Of a stretch of 64,000 bases of DNA, positions 41,591 through 51,930 are shown piece after piece (the first letter of the stretch is position 1; every line of letters begins with the position of its first letter). Made by a program: the position numbers and the translations under genes. The stretch is from assembly GCA_002483445.1 (NCBI GenBank), contig DLHY01000109.1, positions 48,603-112,602 of the forward strand, written 5' to 3'. The notes beneath the pieces are model-generated. The model saw only the letters and a program-made list of their open reading frames with translations, had not been told where the DNA came from and did no database searches. This DNA comes from Blastocatellia bacterium UBA7656 (GTDB lineage Bacteria; Acidobacteriota; Blastocatellia; UBA7656).

Positions 41591-44500
41591 ATGAAAAACC
41601 ACGCCTGTTTTCTATTGGCCCTTTCTCTTGTCGCTTTTGTAACGATAGGCGCGCAGAACCCGGCAAAGAGCGAGGACGCTTATCGAGCGAACAACATCGG
41701 CGTCGCGCTGCTCGAACAGTACAAATATAAAGAAGCTGCCAACAGCTTTCGACGCGCGCTTGCAATCGATTCCGATCTTGCAATAGCCAGAGTCAACCTC
41801 GCAATCGCTCTCTACCACATCCCCGACATAGAAGGTGCGGCGGTCGAAATAAGATCAGCCGTAAAAGCTCTGCCCGATTCGCCGCACGCGAATTACCTGC
41901 TCGGACTCACCGCCCGATTGCAGAATCGAACGGAAGAAGCCATCAGAGCTTTTCAGAAGGTTCTCAGCATCGATTCTCAGGATGTCGGATCGAATATCAA
42001 TCTGGCCCAGCTTTACATACAGCAGCGCAACTACACGGACGCGATAAAATTTCTGCGCGCAGCCGTCGCCGCAGAGCCTTACAACGCGACGGCGACTTAC
42101 GCTCTGGGACTCGCGCTTCAGCGCGCGGGTCAGCGCGATGAAGGTCAGCGGATGATCGAGCGATTTCAGAAGCTGCGCGAAAGCGGCTACAGCACCTCGC
42201 TGGGACACAACTATCCTGAAGAAGGCCGCTATGCGGAGGCCCTCGCGACGACTGGCGCGGAGCCTGCGCTCGTCTCGGCTTCTCTGCCTCAAGCCTCTTT
42301 CACTGACGCGACCTCTCGCGTCATCGAAGCGCGCGCGCAAACCGTTCAATCCCCATTCGGTCGCAGGTTCAAGGCAGGCGATCTGACAGAGGCAGCAAAG
42401 CGCGACCTTGCCCGGTCGCTGGGCGGCGATGTCGCCCTGTTCGACGCGGACGGCGATGGCGATTCAGACCTCATCGAAATTTCAGCCCTCGGTCAGAAGT
42501 TTTATCGCAACGAGGGTGGGAAGTTCATCGACCTTACCTCCGACTGGGGGCTTGCAAACGCGCCTGCCGATTCTGTCGGCCTTCGCGTCGTCGCGGGCGA
42601 TTACGACAACGATGGGAAGACCGATCTTTTCGTCTGTCGCTATGGCGCAAGCTCGCTTTATCACAACGACGGAGGGAGGTTTTCCGAATCGGTGTCGGCA
42701 GGAATCCCGAACATTTCTTTTCTTTCGACGGCGACAGCGTTTCTGGACATAGATCACGATGGCGACCTCGACATCTTCATAGCGGGTCTGGTCGATCCGG
42801 CGCGGGCTGCTTCCGACGCTCTCTTCCCTGATGATTTCGCCGCCGCGCCGAATCTGCTTTTGAGAAACAACGGCGACGGCAAATTCACAAACATAACGTC
42901 CGAGGCCGGAGTCGCTCACTCCGCCCGCGGCATAGCTGTCATCCCGACCGACTACGACAATCGCCGCGAGGTCGATCTACTTATAGTCAATCACGCCGAA
43001 GCGCCCGTCTTGTTGAGCAATCTGCGCGACGGGACGTTTCGCAATGTCGCGGCGGAAGTCGGGCTGACCGCAAAAGCGCGATTCATCTCGGCTGCGGCGG
43101 GCGATTTCAACAAGGATACATTCACCGATTTTTTCTTTGGCCGCGCCAACGAGCCGGGACTTTTTGCGACGAGCGACGGCAGAGGGCGATTCAATGTGAC
43201 GGCTGCGCCCGCCGGGACTGAAACGGCGGGCGCCGCGCAGATGATCGATTACGACAACGACGGACTGCTTGACCTTGTGATATTCACAAACGACGGTTTG
43301 AAAATTTTTCGCAATCTCGGAAACAGATGGTCGGATGCAAACCAGAGGGCCGGACTCTCTTCCCGCTCGTTCGTGTCGGGAGATGTCGACGACGACGGCG
43401 ACGTCGACATAATCGCTCGTCTGTCTTCAGGCGAGATCAAAGCCTTCAGCAATGAAGGCGGCAATCGCAATTCGTCTTTGAAGGTGCGGCTTGCAGGCAG
43501 GGCCTCGAATCGAAGCGGCGTGGGATCGAAGATCGAAACGCGCGCCGGTAGCCTCAGCCAGAAACTCGAATACTGCTCGGCAAGCCCTGCGCCTGCTCCT
43601 TCGGAAATCATCCTCGGACTCGGCCCTCGCGCGGCGGATGTGGTGCGCGTGACGTGGCCTTCGGGAAATCTCCAATCCGAGATCGATCTGAAAACTGCTC
43701 GCGGCTCGCGGACGATCCTCATAAGGGAAGTTGATCGCAAGCCCTCGTCGTGTCCTTATCTCTACGCGTGGAGCGGCGGGCGATTCGAGTTCATAACCGA
43801 TTTTCTGGGCGGCGGCGAGATGGGCTATCTCGTCGAGCCGGGCAGCTATAACACGCCTGACCCGGATGAGTATGTGCGCATCCGCGACGATCAGTTGAGA
43901 GAGCGCGACGGGCGATATGAAATTCGCATCACCAACGAGCTTGAAGAAGTCCTCTTCCTTGATCGAACGCAGCTTGTAGCCGTCGCTCATCCCGCCGACA
44001 CGGAAGTTTTTCCCAACGAAGGATTGATCGCTCCGCCGCGCCCGCCTCACAGTCTTTACGCAGCGAAAGAGCCGCGCCTTCCCGTTTCTGCAATCGATGA
44101 TCACGGCTGCGATGTGCTTGATCGCATAGCGAAGATCGACCGCTCGTACCCGGATGATTTTCAACTCCACGACATTCGCGGATACGCCGAAACTCACACT
44201 CTCACGCTCGATGTGGGAAAGACAAACGGGCGGACTCTTTTGCTGCTCACAGGCTGGACGGATTACGCTTTTTCGAGCGATAACCTCGCGGCCCATCAAA
44301 GGGGTCTGCGAATGATGCCGCCCGCTCTTGAGGTTCGCGATCCCGACGGTCAATGGAAGAGAATAATCGAGGATATAGGCATCCCTGTCGGTCGCCCGCA
44401 GACGATAGTCGTCGATCTGACGGGCAGATTTTTATCCGCAAGCCACGAGGTTCGCATACTCACCAACATGCGAATCTACTGGGATCGGATTCTGGTCTGC

Positions 44501-45046
44501 GATTCCGCGGAAAGGGATCGAGTCGAGATACAGCGGCTCGACGCGGTGAGGGCCGATCTGAGGTGGCGAGGATTTTCCGCCCCTGTCTCGCCGGACGGGC
44601 GCGAGCCTTACGGTTATGATTATGATCGCGTCACGAGCGTTTCACCCTGGAAGACCGTTCCCGGTCGTTACACGCGCGAAGGGGATGTGAGAGAGTTGCT
44701 GACGAAGACGGACGATATGTATGTCATCTCGCGAGCGGGCGATGAAATCGCGGTGTTGTTTGATGCGACACGGCTTCCTCGATTGAGGCGTGGGTGGAAA
44801 CGGACATTTCTCCTCTACGCGGACGGATTCAGCAAGGAGTTGGACATCAACTCAGCGACGCCTTATGAAATCGGCCCGCTGCCTTATCACGCTATGAAGA
44901 GGTATCCTTACGCCGCGCCTGAGAAGTACCCCATGACGGCGGCGCGGCTCAGGTATTTCGAGCGATACAACACGCGAGTAGTTCGCTCGACTCTTCCGCC
45001 GATTGAATCGGAGTTGGCCGCTAAGGAAAGAGCGAACTGGAGATGA
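41591..45046 (+). CDS. TPR + FG-GAP + ASPIC/UnbV secreted protein with C-terminal SCP domain
   Basis: Signal peptide, N-terminal TPRs, many DxDxDGxxD repeats, SNRSGVG.K, SSCPYLYAW. Confidence 0.9.
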   Translation: MKNHACFLLALSLVAFVTIGAQNPAKSEDAYRANNIGVALLEQYKYKEAANSFRRALAIDSDLAIARVNLAIALYHIPDIEGAAVEIRSAVKALPDSPHANYLLGLTARLQNRTEEAIRAFQKVLSIDSQDVGSNINLAQLYIQQRNYTDAIKFLRAAVAAEPYNATATYALGLALQRAGQRDEGQRMIERFQKLRESGYSTSLGHNYPEEGRYAEALATTGAEPALVSASLPQASFTDATSRVIEARAQTVQSPFGRRFKAGDLTEAAKRDLARSLGGDVALFDADGDGDSDLIEISALGQKFYRNEGGKFIDLTSDWGLANAPADSVGLRVVAGDYDNDGKTDLFVCRYGASSLYHNDGGRFSESVSAGIPNISFLSTATAFLDIDHDGDLDIFIAGLVDPARAASDALFPDDFAAAPNLLLRNNGDGKFTNITSEAGVAHSARGIAVIPTDYDNRREVDLLIVNHAEAPVLLSNLRDGTFRNVAAEVGLTAKARFISAAAGDFNKDTFTDFFFGRANEPGLFATSDGRGRFNVTAAPAGTETAGAAQMIDYDNDGLLDLVIFTNDGLKIFRNLGNRWSDANQRAGLSSRSFVSGDVDDDGDVDIIARLSSGEIKAFSNEGGNRNSSLKVRLAGRASNRSGVGSKIETRAGSLSQKLEYCSASPAPAPSEIILGLGPRAADVVRVTWPSGNLQSEIDLKTARGSRTILIREVDRKPSSCPYLYAWSGGRFEFITDFLGGGEMGYLVEPGSYNTPDPDEYVRIRDDQLRERDGRYEIRITNELEEVLFLDRTQLVAVAHPADTEVFPNEGLIAPPRPPHSLYAAKEPRLPVSAIDDHGCDVLDRIAKIDRSYPDDFQLHDIRGYAETHTLTLDVGKTNGRTLLLLTGWTDYAFSSDNLAAHQRGLRMMPPALEVRDPDGQWKRIIEDIGIPVGRPQTIVVDLTGRFLSASHEVRILTNMRIYWDRILVCDSAERDRVEIQRLDAVRADLRWRGFSAPVSPDGREPYGYDYDRVTSVSPWKTVPGRYTREGDVRELLTKTDDMYVISRAGDEIAVLFDATRLPRLRRGWKRTFLLYADGFSKELDINSATPYEIGPLPYHAMKRYPYAAPEKYPMTAARLRYFERYNTRVVRSTLPPIESELAAKERANWR

Positions 45047-45212
45047 GACTCGGAGAGAAAATTGTTTCGAGGTGAGTAAGGTTTTGGAGACTGCTGAAAT
45101 CAACCCCGCTTATGAGTCGAGGCGATTAAGGCAGAGTTGAATCTTGCTGATGTCGTCGAATTTTGTCGGTACTACAAAGAGATTCGAATTATGAGCAGCG
45201 AGAGGGTTATAA

Positions 45213-45294
45213 ACCGCAGAGACGCAGAGACGCAGAGACCTCGCAGAGAAAAATCCCTCTCTGCGTCAACTCTGTGTCTCTGCGTCTCTGCGTT
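45213..45294. repeat. Octamer-tandem palindrome (CGCAGAGA)n...(TCTCTGCG)n
   Basis: Direct reading. Confidence 0.9.
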
Positions 45295-45452
45295 GAAATC
45301 CACTGGCGTCGATACATATCAAAGGCGGTGTGAAGAGTCTCGATTGAAAACAAATCGCTCAACCTCCCCTCCCGCGAAATCCGGCGGCATCAGGAACCTC
45401 ATGCCTCGCTTTCAATTACACTTTCATTGATCAGATCAAAGGTTGAACGATT

Positions 45453-46463
45453 ATGGAACCAATCAGATATTCAGCAGCCGCCTGTCAGACCGACATGCCC
45501 AATCCCGTAGAGCGTCGGGCCATGCGCGCCAATACTGATCGAATGATTTCCCTGATAGATTCGGCCATCGAAGGGAGCGCGCCTTTTCTGCCCGTGCGGC
45601 TCGTCGTATTTCCTGAGTTCGCTCACGCCGCGCCCGTATTTCCAACTGTTCGAGAGTTGATAGATAAACTCGCTATCCCGATTCCAAATGAGCATACCGA
45701 GCGGCTCGTGGAGAAAGCTCGCCAGCACGATATATACATTCAAAGCGGCTCGATGCTTGAAGCCGATGCGCGCTTCCCCGGCGAGGTTTTCAATACGACC
45801 TGCCTGATAGGCCCCCGCGGCATTTTGTACAAGTATCGCAAGGTGAACACATGGATTCCTTACGAGGTTCATCGAAGTCCGCACGAGATCGAAGGCTATG
45901 ACGAACCGCTGTTCCCTGTCGCCGACACGCCTATAGGAAAGATCGGCTGCGCGATTTGTTACGACTGGCTCTTTCCCGAAGCCATCCGGCAGCTTGCCGC
46001 CAACGGGGCGGAGATTTTGATTCGCGTCTCGGCTTATATGGATCCGTGGGGCGCTACCGAACCTATGGCGTGGTGGACTGTGGTCAATCGCTGTCGCGCT
46101 CTTGAAAACATCGCTTATGTGGTCGCGGCCAATCAGGGCGCGAGTTTGAAATTCTATCCGCCGTATTCGTGGCCGGGCGGAAGTCAGATCATAGATTTCG
46201 ACGGAAGACCGCTTGCCATCGCTTCTCCCGGCCCGGGCGAGCGAATCGTCGTCGCGCCGATTGATGTGACCGCGCTACGACACGAGCGATCAAAGCGAGC
46301 AGGCCATCACATGCTGGCGCATCTGAGAACGGAAGCCTACCCTGTTTATGGGAAACGGATTTATCCGCCCGCGCACACGCCCGTTCCGTCCTTCGAAAGC
46401 AATATGGAGATGATCGAAGAATCGAAGCGCAGGCTGGATGCGCTTGAAAGAGATGAAGAGTGA
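45453..46463 (+). CDS. Carbon-nitrogen hydrolase (nitrilase superfamily)
   Basis: E-K-C triad: VVFPEF, YRK, ICYD..FPE. Confidence 0.92.
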   Translation: MEPIRYSAAACQTDMPNPVERRAMRANTDRMISLIDSAIEGSAPFLPVRLVVFPEFAHAAPVFPTVRELIDKLAIPIPNEHTERLVEKARQHDIYIQSGSMLEADARFPGEVFNTTCLIGPRGILYKYRKVNTWIPYEVHRSPHEIEGYDEPLFPVADTPIGKIGCAICYDWLFPEAIRQLAANGAEILIRVSAYMDPWGATEPMAWWTVVNRCRALENIAYVVAANQGASLKFYPPYSWPGGSQIIDFDGRPLAIASPGPGERIVVAPIDVTALRHERSKRAGHHMLAHLRTEAYPVYGKRIYPPAHTPVPSFESNMEMIEESKRRLDALERDEE

Positions 46464-46472
46464 TTTTGCAAA

Positions 46473-48095
46473 TCAAGGGCGACACGGAGGCGATTTCTCA
46501 TATCGCGGCAAGTCCGCTTTGAGCTTCATCGCGAGATCCGAGTTTCGCTCTCGCTCGGCGACCTCGATCATTTGTCGCTGCCATCGGGCCGCCTCACTGC
46601 AACGACCTGTCTCGGCCAACGCCATAGCGACGATAGCTCCATGGCTGGCTGACCCGCTCGCCTTATAAACCATCAGAGAAAGTTCCAGCGCCTTCGCGCC
46701 ATTGCGCAAATCCTGATTGGGGCAGGAGGCCAGCATATAGGCAAATGTTGCCACAGTCCGCCCTTTTTGCGGAAAGAGCGCGTGGCCTTTGTCGAGCCTG
46801 TCAATCGCCTCGCGGTATTTGCCATATCTGGACAGCAGTTTCACTTCTTCAAGCAGGGCATCTTCATTGCTCGGATCGGCTTCGACAACGCGCGAAAACT
46901 CAGCAAGCGATTCTTCCGCGCGTCCGGCTCTGAGAAGTTCCTGAGCCAGAAGATAGCGCGCCTCCCTGTCGCTTGCATCGAGGCGGAGAACCGTTTGCAG
47001 ATGAGAGATCGCCTCATCGTGCTGGTTCCCGGATGCCAGCAGAAAGCCGAGATTGTAATGCGCTGTCGTGTTTCGAGGTTCGATTCTGATGACTTCCCTG
47101 AATTGATCCATCGCCTCTTTGTGGTTTCCCATCTGCGCCAGCGTCGATCCGAGATTGACGCGCGCCGGAATGCTGTCGGGGTTGGCGGCTACGGCTTTGC
47201 GAAACTCATCCATAGCTTCTGACAATCTCGAAGCGTTGAGAGCCATTCGCCCGCGAATCAGATGCAGTCGCTCTCCCTGAATCAGTTGCTTCATTTCATC
47301 AACGAGCGGATCACGGACTCGAACTCCGACTGGCCCCTGCTGCTGGAGATGGGACTGCGCTTTATCAATATCCCCCAGGCCGCGATAGGCCATCGCCAGA
47401 GCGTAGTGAATGCGATTGGCATCAGGAACCTGCGCCAGAGCCTGTTCGAGGTACCTGATCGCTTCAGCATAATTGCGAGTCGACAATGCTGCCTGGCCGA
47501 GTCCGTATTGAGCGGCGGCGCATTTCGCATCGATAGCAAGAGCTTCGCGGAAACTGGCCTGCGCTTCCTGCAAACGATTCTGTTGCAGATACAGATTGCC
47601 CACATTGACCGCGGCGGCCAGATAATCCGGTTGCAGGCGGCGAGCGAGTTTGTAATAGGTGATGGCCTCTTCTGCGCGTCCGCTCTGCTGACAGATATTT
47701 CCAGGAAAATAGGCCCAGCGAAAATCTTTCGGCGCAAGGCGATGAGCATTCAAATAACACTCTTCCGCCGCCGAGGTAAGAGCATAAGCCTGATAGACCT
47801 GCCCCATCAGCCCATAGGCTTCGCTCAATCTGCCATCATCTGTCGAAGAATCTTTCAGCGCAGCGGCCAGCGAATTCTCCATCGAGAGGAGATGCTCGCG
47901 GACTTTCGCTTCGAGTTTTTCCAGATCAGGTTTATGAACAGGCAGCAAGCCTGCGCGCGGCGGCGGCAGAACTCTCTCCTGCGATAGAGTTTCAGATTGC
48001 GCGACAAAAGTCAGAGTCAGACAGGCAAGCGACAGCTTGAAAGCCGCAGATATTTTATTCCCGTTTTTGATTTTTGTTTTCACCCGCGCTTTCAT
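46473..48095 (-). CDS. TPR repeat protein, probably exported
   Basis: Many TPRs; ATG 48095 overlaps the stop of the upstream CRTAC1 gene (ATGA). Confidence 0.85.
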   Translation of the reverse strand: MKARVKTKIKNGNKISAAFKLSLACLTLTFVAQSETLSQERVLPPPRAGLLPVHKPDLEKLEAKVREHLLSMENSLAAALKDSSTDDGRLSEAYGLMGQVYQAYALTSAAEECYLNAHRLAPKDFRWAYFPGNICQQSGRAEEAITYYKLARRLQPDYLAAAVNVGNLYLQQNRLQEAQASFREALAIDAKCAAAQYGLGQAALSTRNYAEAIRYLEQALAQVPDANRIHYALAMAYRGLGDIDKAQSHLQQQGPVGVRVRDPLVDEMKQLIQGERLHLIRGRMALNASRLSEAMDEFRKAVAANPDSIPARVNLGSTLAQMGNHKEAMDQFREVIRIEPRNTTAHYNLGFLLASGNQHDEAISHLQTVLRLDASDREARYLLAQELLRAGRAEESLAEFSRVVEADPSNEDALLEEVKLLSRYGKYREAIDRLDKGHALFPQKGRTVATFAYMLASCPNQDLRNGAKALELSLMVYKASGSASHGAIVAMALAETGRCSEAARWQRQMIEVAERERNSDLAMKLKADLPRYEKSPPCRP

Positions 48096-49846
48096 CTCAC
48101 TTGCGGCGACGCGCCTTCTTTGAGATTGAGGTATCGTTCGATGGGCGGATTTTTCCACTCTTCCGTTTTGCCCGAAGGCCAGCGAACCCACACCGCTTCG
48201 ACTCGATCAAGGCTTCCCAGTCCGGCCAGCACTCTTGGGTCATGCGAAGAACAATAACTGCCATCGGTTCGACAGCGACGATGCAGAATATTTTTTTCAT
48301 TCAGGACGATCTCAACCTGAGCGCCGAGCATATCCCGATCAGTCTTCGCACCTGTGAGCCGCAGTCCGATCCAGCGATTCCGGTTTCCTATTTGATTCAG
48401 CAAAAGTCTCGCCTGCCCGTTGTTGTTGGCAATCACCACGTCCGTATCGCCATCATTATCGATATCGCCGAAGGCCGCGCCCCGGCTGACTTCGAGGAGT
48501 TGGAAAGCTCGGCCAGCCTCATCCGTTACCTCCACGAAGTTTCCCTTTCCAGTATTGTGAAAAAGCTGATTGGGCTGGCCGAGCGGATAGGGGTCTTTTC
48601 TGCGGGCGAGGTCGAGGAGCGTGCGGACGGCTCCGTTGGCCGACAGCAAATCGAGCCATCCGTCATTGTCGTAGTCGAACCACAGAGTGCCGAAGCCTGT
48701 GTATCGCCGGGTCTGCAATCCAAGCCCCGCTTCAATCGTGCGGTCATCGAACATCCCATCTCCCAGATTGACGTAGAGAGTATTGGTCTCTTCCATCAAA
48801 TGAGTGAGAAAGATGTCGTCCCGTCCGTCGCCGTTGAAATCTCCGGCATCGACTCCCATCCCGGCTTCAGCCTGTCCGTCGCGATTGACCGCAGCGCCAG
48901 CAAGCAGAGCTTCATTTTTGAACGCGCCGTTTTTCTGATTGATCCAGAGTTGATTCGGGTTTCCGTCGTTTGCCACATAGATATCTGTCCAGCCGTCTCC
49001 ATTGAGATCAGCCGTCACGACTCCGAGTCCCGATCCGAATTCCCTGACGATGCCTGACGAGACGGAAACATCTTCGAAGGTGCCGTCGCCGCGATTGTGA
49101 AAAAGACGATCAGGCACCGGATTAAAAGCCTTGGGCCCGCAGTAATCCCTCGCGCTGGTGTTGGCGTAGCAGACAGGATTGCTGGCGACCGAAAAATCGA
49201 CGTAGTTGGCGACGAACAAATCGAGCCAGCCATCCTTGTCGTAATCGAAGAAGGCCGCGCTCGTGCTCCACCGGGGATCGTCCGCGCCGGTCTTTTTCGT
49301 CACGTCGGTAAATGTGCCGTCCCGGTTGTTGAGAAACATCTGGTTCGAGCCGAAATTGCAAACGTAGAGATCAACCCATCCGTCATTATTTATGTCGCCG
49401 CAGGCGACGCCCATGCCGTACCCTGTGGCAACGATGCTGCTTTTGTCGGTCACATCGGTGAATCTGATTTTTCTGCTCCCGTTTTTCTCGACAGTCAGAT
49501 CGTTTCGATAAAGGCGGTCGCGCGGCGGGCCTTTCCCGCGCAAGGGAAAGAGCGTGCTGTCAGGCTTGCTCTTCGGATCAAGCGTCGCTCCCTGAACGAG
49601 GTACAGGTCAAGGTCGCCGTCATTGTCGAAATCCAGCAGCGCCGCGCCTGAGCCTGTGATCTCCGGCAGATAATACTGTCCCGTCATTCCGTTGTAATGC
49701 TGGAAATCGAGACCGGACTCTTCGGTTGAGTCGAGGAAGATCGAAGTCGGGCGAGCATTTGAGGCCGTCGGTTTCTTTTGCGCAGACCCGCAGAGCGGCG
49801 CGAGGCATAATCCGATCAGGCAGATTGCAGATGTGATGTAACGCAT
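48092..49846 (-). CDS. CRTAC1/ASPIC-UnbV family FG-GAP protein
   Basis: Signal peptide; GSGAALLDFDNDGDLDLY, AGMGVDAGD, SRGAAFGDIDNDGD, DPRVLAGLG. Confidence 0.92.
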   Translation of the reverse strand: MRYITSAICLIGLCLAPLCGSAQKKPTASNARPTSIFLDSTEESGLDFQHYNGMTGQYYLPEITGSGAALLDFDNDGDLDLYLVQGATLDPKSKPDSTLFPLRGKGPPRDRLYRNDLTVEKNGSRKIRFTDVTDKSSIVATGYGMGVACGDINNDGWVDLYVCNFGSNQMFLNNRDGTFTDVTKKTGADDPRWSTSAAFFDYDKDGWLDLFVANYVDFSVASNPVCYANTSARDYCGPKAFNPVPDRLFHNRGDGTFEDVSVSSGIVREFGSGLGVVTADLNGDGWTDIYVANDGNPNQLWINQKNGAFKNEALLAGAAVNRDGQAEAGMGVDAGDFNGDGRDDIFLTHLMEETNTLYVNLGDGMFDDRTIEAGLGLQTRRYTGFGTLWFDYDNDGWLDLLSANGAVRTLLDLARRKDPYPLGQPNQLFHNTGKGNFVEVTDEAGRAFQLLEVSRGAAFGDIDNDGDTDVVIANNNGQARLLLNQIGNRNRWIGLRLTGAKTDRDMLGAQVEIVLNEKNILHRRCRTDGSYCSSHDPRVLAGLGSLDRVEAVWVRWPSGKTEEWKNPPIERYLNLKEGASPQVR

Positions 49847-50045
49847 TTATGACGCTCTTGAAGATTTGAAATCAAATTGCGCAATTGCGGCTCACGATTC
49901 ACTCGATCATCAATCACGCATTGCGCACCAATTGTATTTCGGCGACGCCCTTCCTTCAACCCGGCGCAAGAAGTGCGAGCGGGTGAGAGCCGCGCCCTGT
50001 TTTCTTGACACTATCGAGCAGAAAAATATAGCCCGCCGGGTGAGT

Positions 50046-50103
50046 CTCGAATTCGAGATTTCAAATCTGAGATTTGAGATTTGAGATTTCAAATTCGAGA
50101 TTC
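50046..50103. repeat. Heptamer array (TTTGAGA/TTTCAAA type); duplicate at 51855-51925
   Basis: Direct reading; related units at 49864-49877 and inside the four-helix gene (51399-51420). Confidence 0.85.
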
Positions 50104-50108
50104 ACCTT

Positions 50109-50465
50109 ATGCCAAAAGCTATATGTTATTTTCTCTCATTCGGCCTGCTCTCAATCGCGCCGCCGCGCGTTGACTCATATAGCCAACCAGACAAATCCAT
50201 CGTCATCACTCAAGCCACTGTCTACGACGGAAGCGGCGGGCCGAGCTTTCGCGCCAATGTCCGCATTGAAGGAGACCGCATCGCTGAAATCGGATCGTTC
50301 CGCAATCTCGTTCTCGCGCCCGGATTCAAGGATCGCAGAATGATTCGCAAAGGAATGAAAGCCGATCTTGTCTTCTTCAATCCGCGCACTATCATTGACC
50401 GTTCAAATTTCCTCGAAGGCCCGTCTGCGGATGGGCCTTTTCTTTTTCTGTATCTCATTGACTGA
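50109..50465 (+). pseudogene. Internally deleted copy of the 51931-53430 amidohydrolase
   Basis: 49999-50303 matches 51807-52125; then two in-frame deletions join RNLVLAPGF and KDRRMIRKGMKADLV segments. Confidence 0.9.
50416..50447 (+). terminator. Rho-independent terminator
   Basis: AAGGCCCGTC-TGCG-GATGGGCCTT followed by a T-rich tract. Confidence 0.75.
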
Positions 50466-50517
50466 GCCGTATCGGAAACATATTATTAACCTCCTTGTTA
50501 CGAAACTGTAACGAAAT
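50458..50517 (+). promoter_or_regulatory. Sigma-70 promoter with 11-bp-periodic Pho-box-like repeats
   Basis: TTGACT-N17-TATTAT; units TATTAACCTCC / TTGTTACGAAA / CTGTAACGAAA (50484-50516). Confidence 0.65.
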
Positions 50518-50557
50518 ATTTAATCGAGACTGAAATTGACCAGTCAATGGAGGCAAC

Positions 50558-51169
50558 ATGGGTTTGATTCCTAAGGAAGAGAAGTATTTTCAGATGTTGA
50601 GCCAGTTGGCAGCGAAAGCGTGTGAAGCCGGGGAAATCTTCGCCAAAATTTTCTACGAATTCCACAATCACGCTCAGTTCGCCGAAGAGATCAAGGCTGT
50701 CGAGACCGCCTCCGATGAACTGGTCGCCCAGATAACGCAGAAACTCAACTCGAGCTTCATCACGCCGATTGACCGCGAGGACATCTACCTGCTGGTGACT
50801 GAAATCGATGATGTCATCGATATGATCAATGACATCGCCCGACGCATGGATATTTACGGAATAAGCGCGCCGAGGCCGGATTCGAAACAGATAGCCGATC
50901 TTTTGAATCGCACCACGGTCGAGTTAAAAGCCGCTTTCACCGTCCTTGAGCGCGGCCAGAATATCAGCGATCACTGCCGCAAGATACGTCAGCTTGAGCG
51001 CGAAGGCGACACTCTGTACCGCGAAGCCATTCGCAATCTGTTCAAGGAAGAAAAAGACGCCGTCGAAGTTATCAAGTGGATGTCGATTTACGAAGAACTG
51101 GAAAACTCGATTGATCGCTGCAAGGACGTGGCCGAAGTGCTGGAAGCCATAGTGGTCAAGAACAAATGA
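50558..51169 (+). CDS. DUF47/PhoU-like phosphate transport regulator
   Basis: LNSSFITPIDREDI, LEREGD, YEELENSIDRCKDVA..LEAIVVK. Confidence 0.9.
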   Translation: MGLIPKEEKYFQMLSQLAAKACEAGEIFAKIFYEFHNHAQFAEEIKAVETASDELVAQITQKLNSSFITPIDREDIYLLVTEIDDVIDMINDIARRMDIYGISAPRPDSKQIADLLNRTTVELKAAFTVLERGQNISDHCRKIRQLEREGDTLYREAIRNLFKEEKDAVEVIKWMSIYEELENSIDRCKDVAEVLEAIVVKNK

Positions 51170-51172
51170 GCT

Positions 51173-51706
51173 TCAGCGGTTTTCGTTTCCCTCGCTAACT
51201 CTTGCGAGTCTTTCCTTTTCAAGTCGAGCCAGCCTTTCTTCCTGTTCTGTTCTCAACAGATCGAGAAACTCCTGCCGCTCGCGAGCCGATTGATCAGCGC
51301 GGCGAGTTTTTTCAGTCAGGTATCGCTGGCCGCGGATCGAAGAGTTTTGAAGCGAGTCGGCCCACGCGCGCAGTTGACGCGAAATACTCTCTGCCAGTGA
51401 TTTCAAATTTGAAATTTCAGAATCGAGATCGTCGAAGATCGTCAGTCGTTCTATCAAACACAGCATCGAGCGAACTTCGCCCGATGAGCCGCGAGCGATG
51501 TAGAGAAAAGTGAGTAACTCCTGGGTGGTGCCGCGCTCGAATCCTTCGGCAATGTTATTTGAGACGGAAACGGATGCTCTCTCGATTTGATCTTTCAGAC
51601 TGGCGCGGCCTTTGAAATTCTCTTTTGCAGTGAGCGCATAAACACGAACGGCAAGCTCGATGGCCGCCTTCCACACGGGCAGGTCTTCAAATCGATTGTA
51701 TTTCAT
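51173..51706 (-). CDS. Four-helix-bundle protein (23S IVS/bAvd-like, TIGR02436 type)
   Basis: FEDLPVWK, QIERASVSVSNNIAEGFER, FLYIARGSSGEVRSML; GGAGG RBS before ATG 51706. Confidence 0.9.
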   Translation of the reverse strand: MKYNRFEDLPVWKAAIELAVRVYALTAKENFKGRASLKDQIERASVSVSNNIAEGFERGTTQELLTFLYIARGSSGEVRSMLCLIERLTIFDDLDSEISNLKSLAESISRQLRAWADSLQNSSIRGQRYLTEKTRRADQSARERQEFLDLLRTEQEERLARLEKERLARVSEGNENR

Positions 51707-51930
51707 TATGCTTCCTCCCAATCGAGTTATATGGGCGCGTGATCCAACTTTCGACTTCGAGTAATCCCTTCAAACTCAAAGACGGAATTTGCGAGAACTC
51801 TTTTCGGTTTTCTTGACACCATCGAGCAGAAAAATATAGCCTGCCGGGTGAGTCTCGAATTTGAGATTTGAAATTTCAAATTCGAGATTTCAAATCTGAG
51901 ATTTGAGATTTCAAATTCGAGATTCACCTT

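Noticed and set aside
45047-45430. ORF 45137-45430 or a toxin remnant (NLADVVEFCRYYKE)
   Set aside because: Mostly translated octamer repeats; remnant too short to assign
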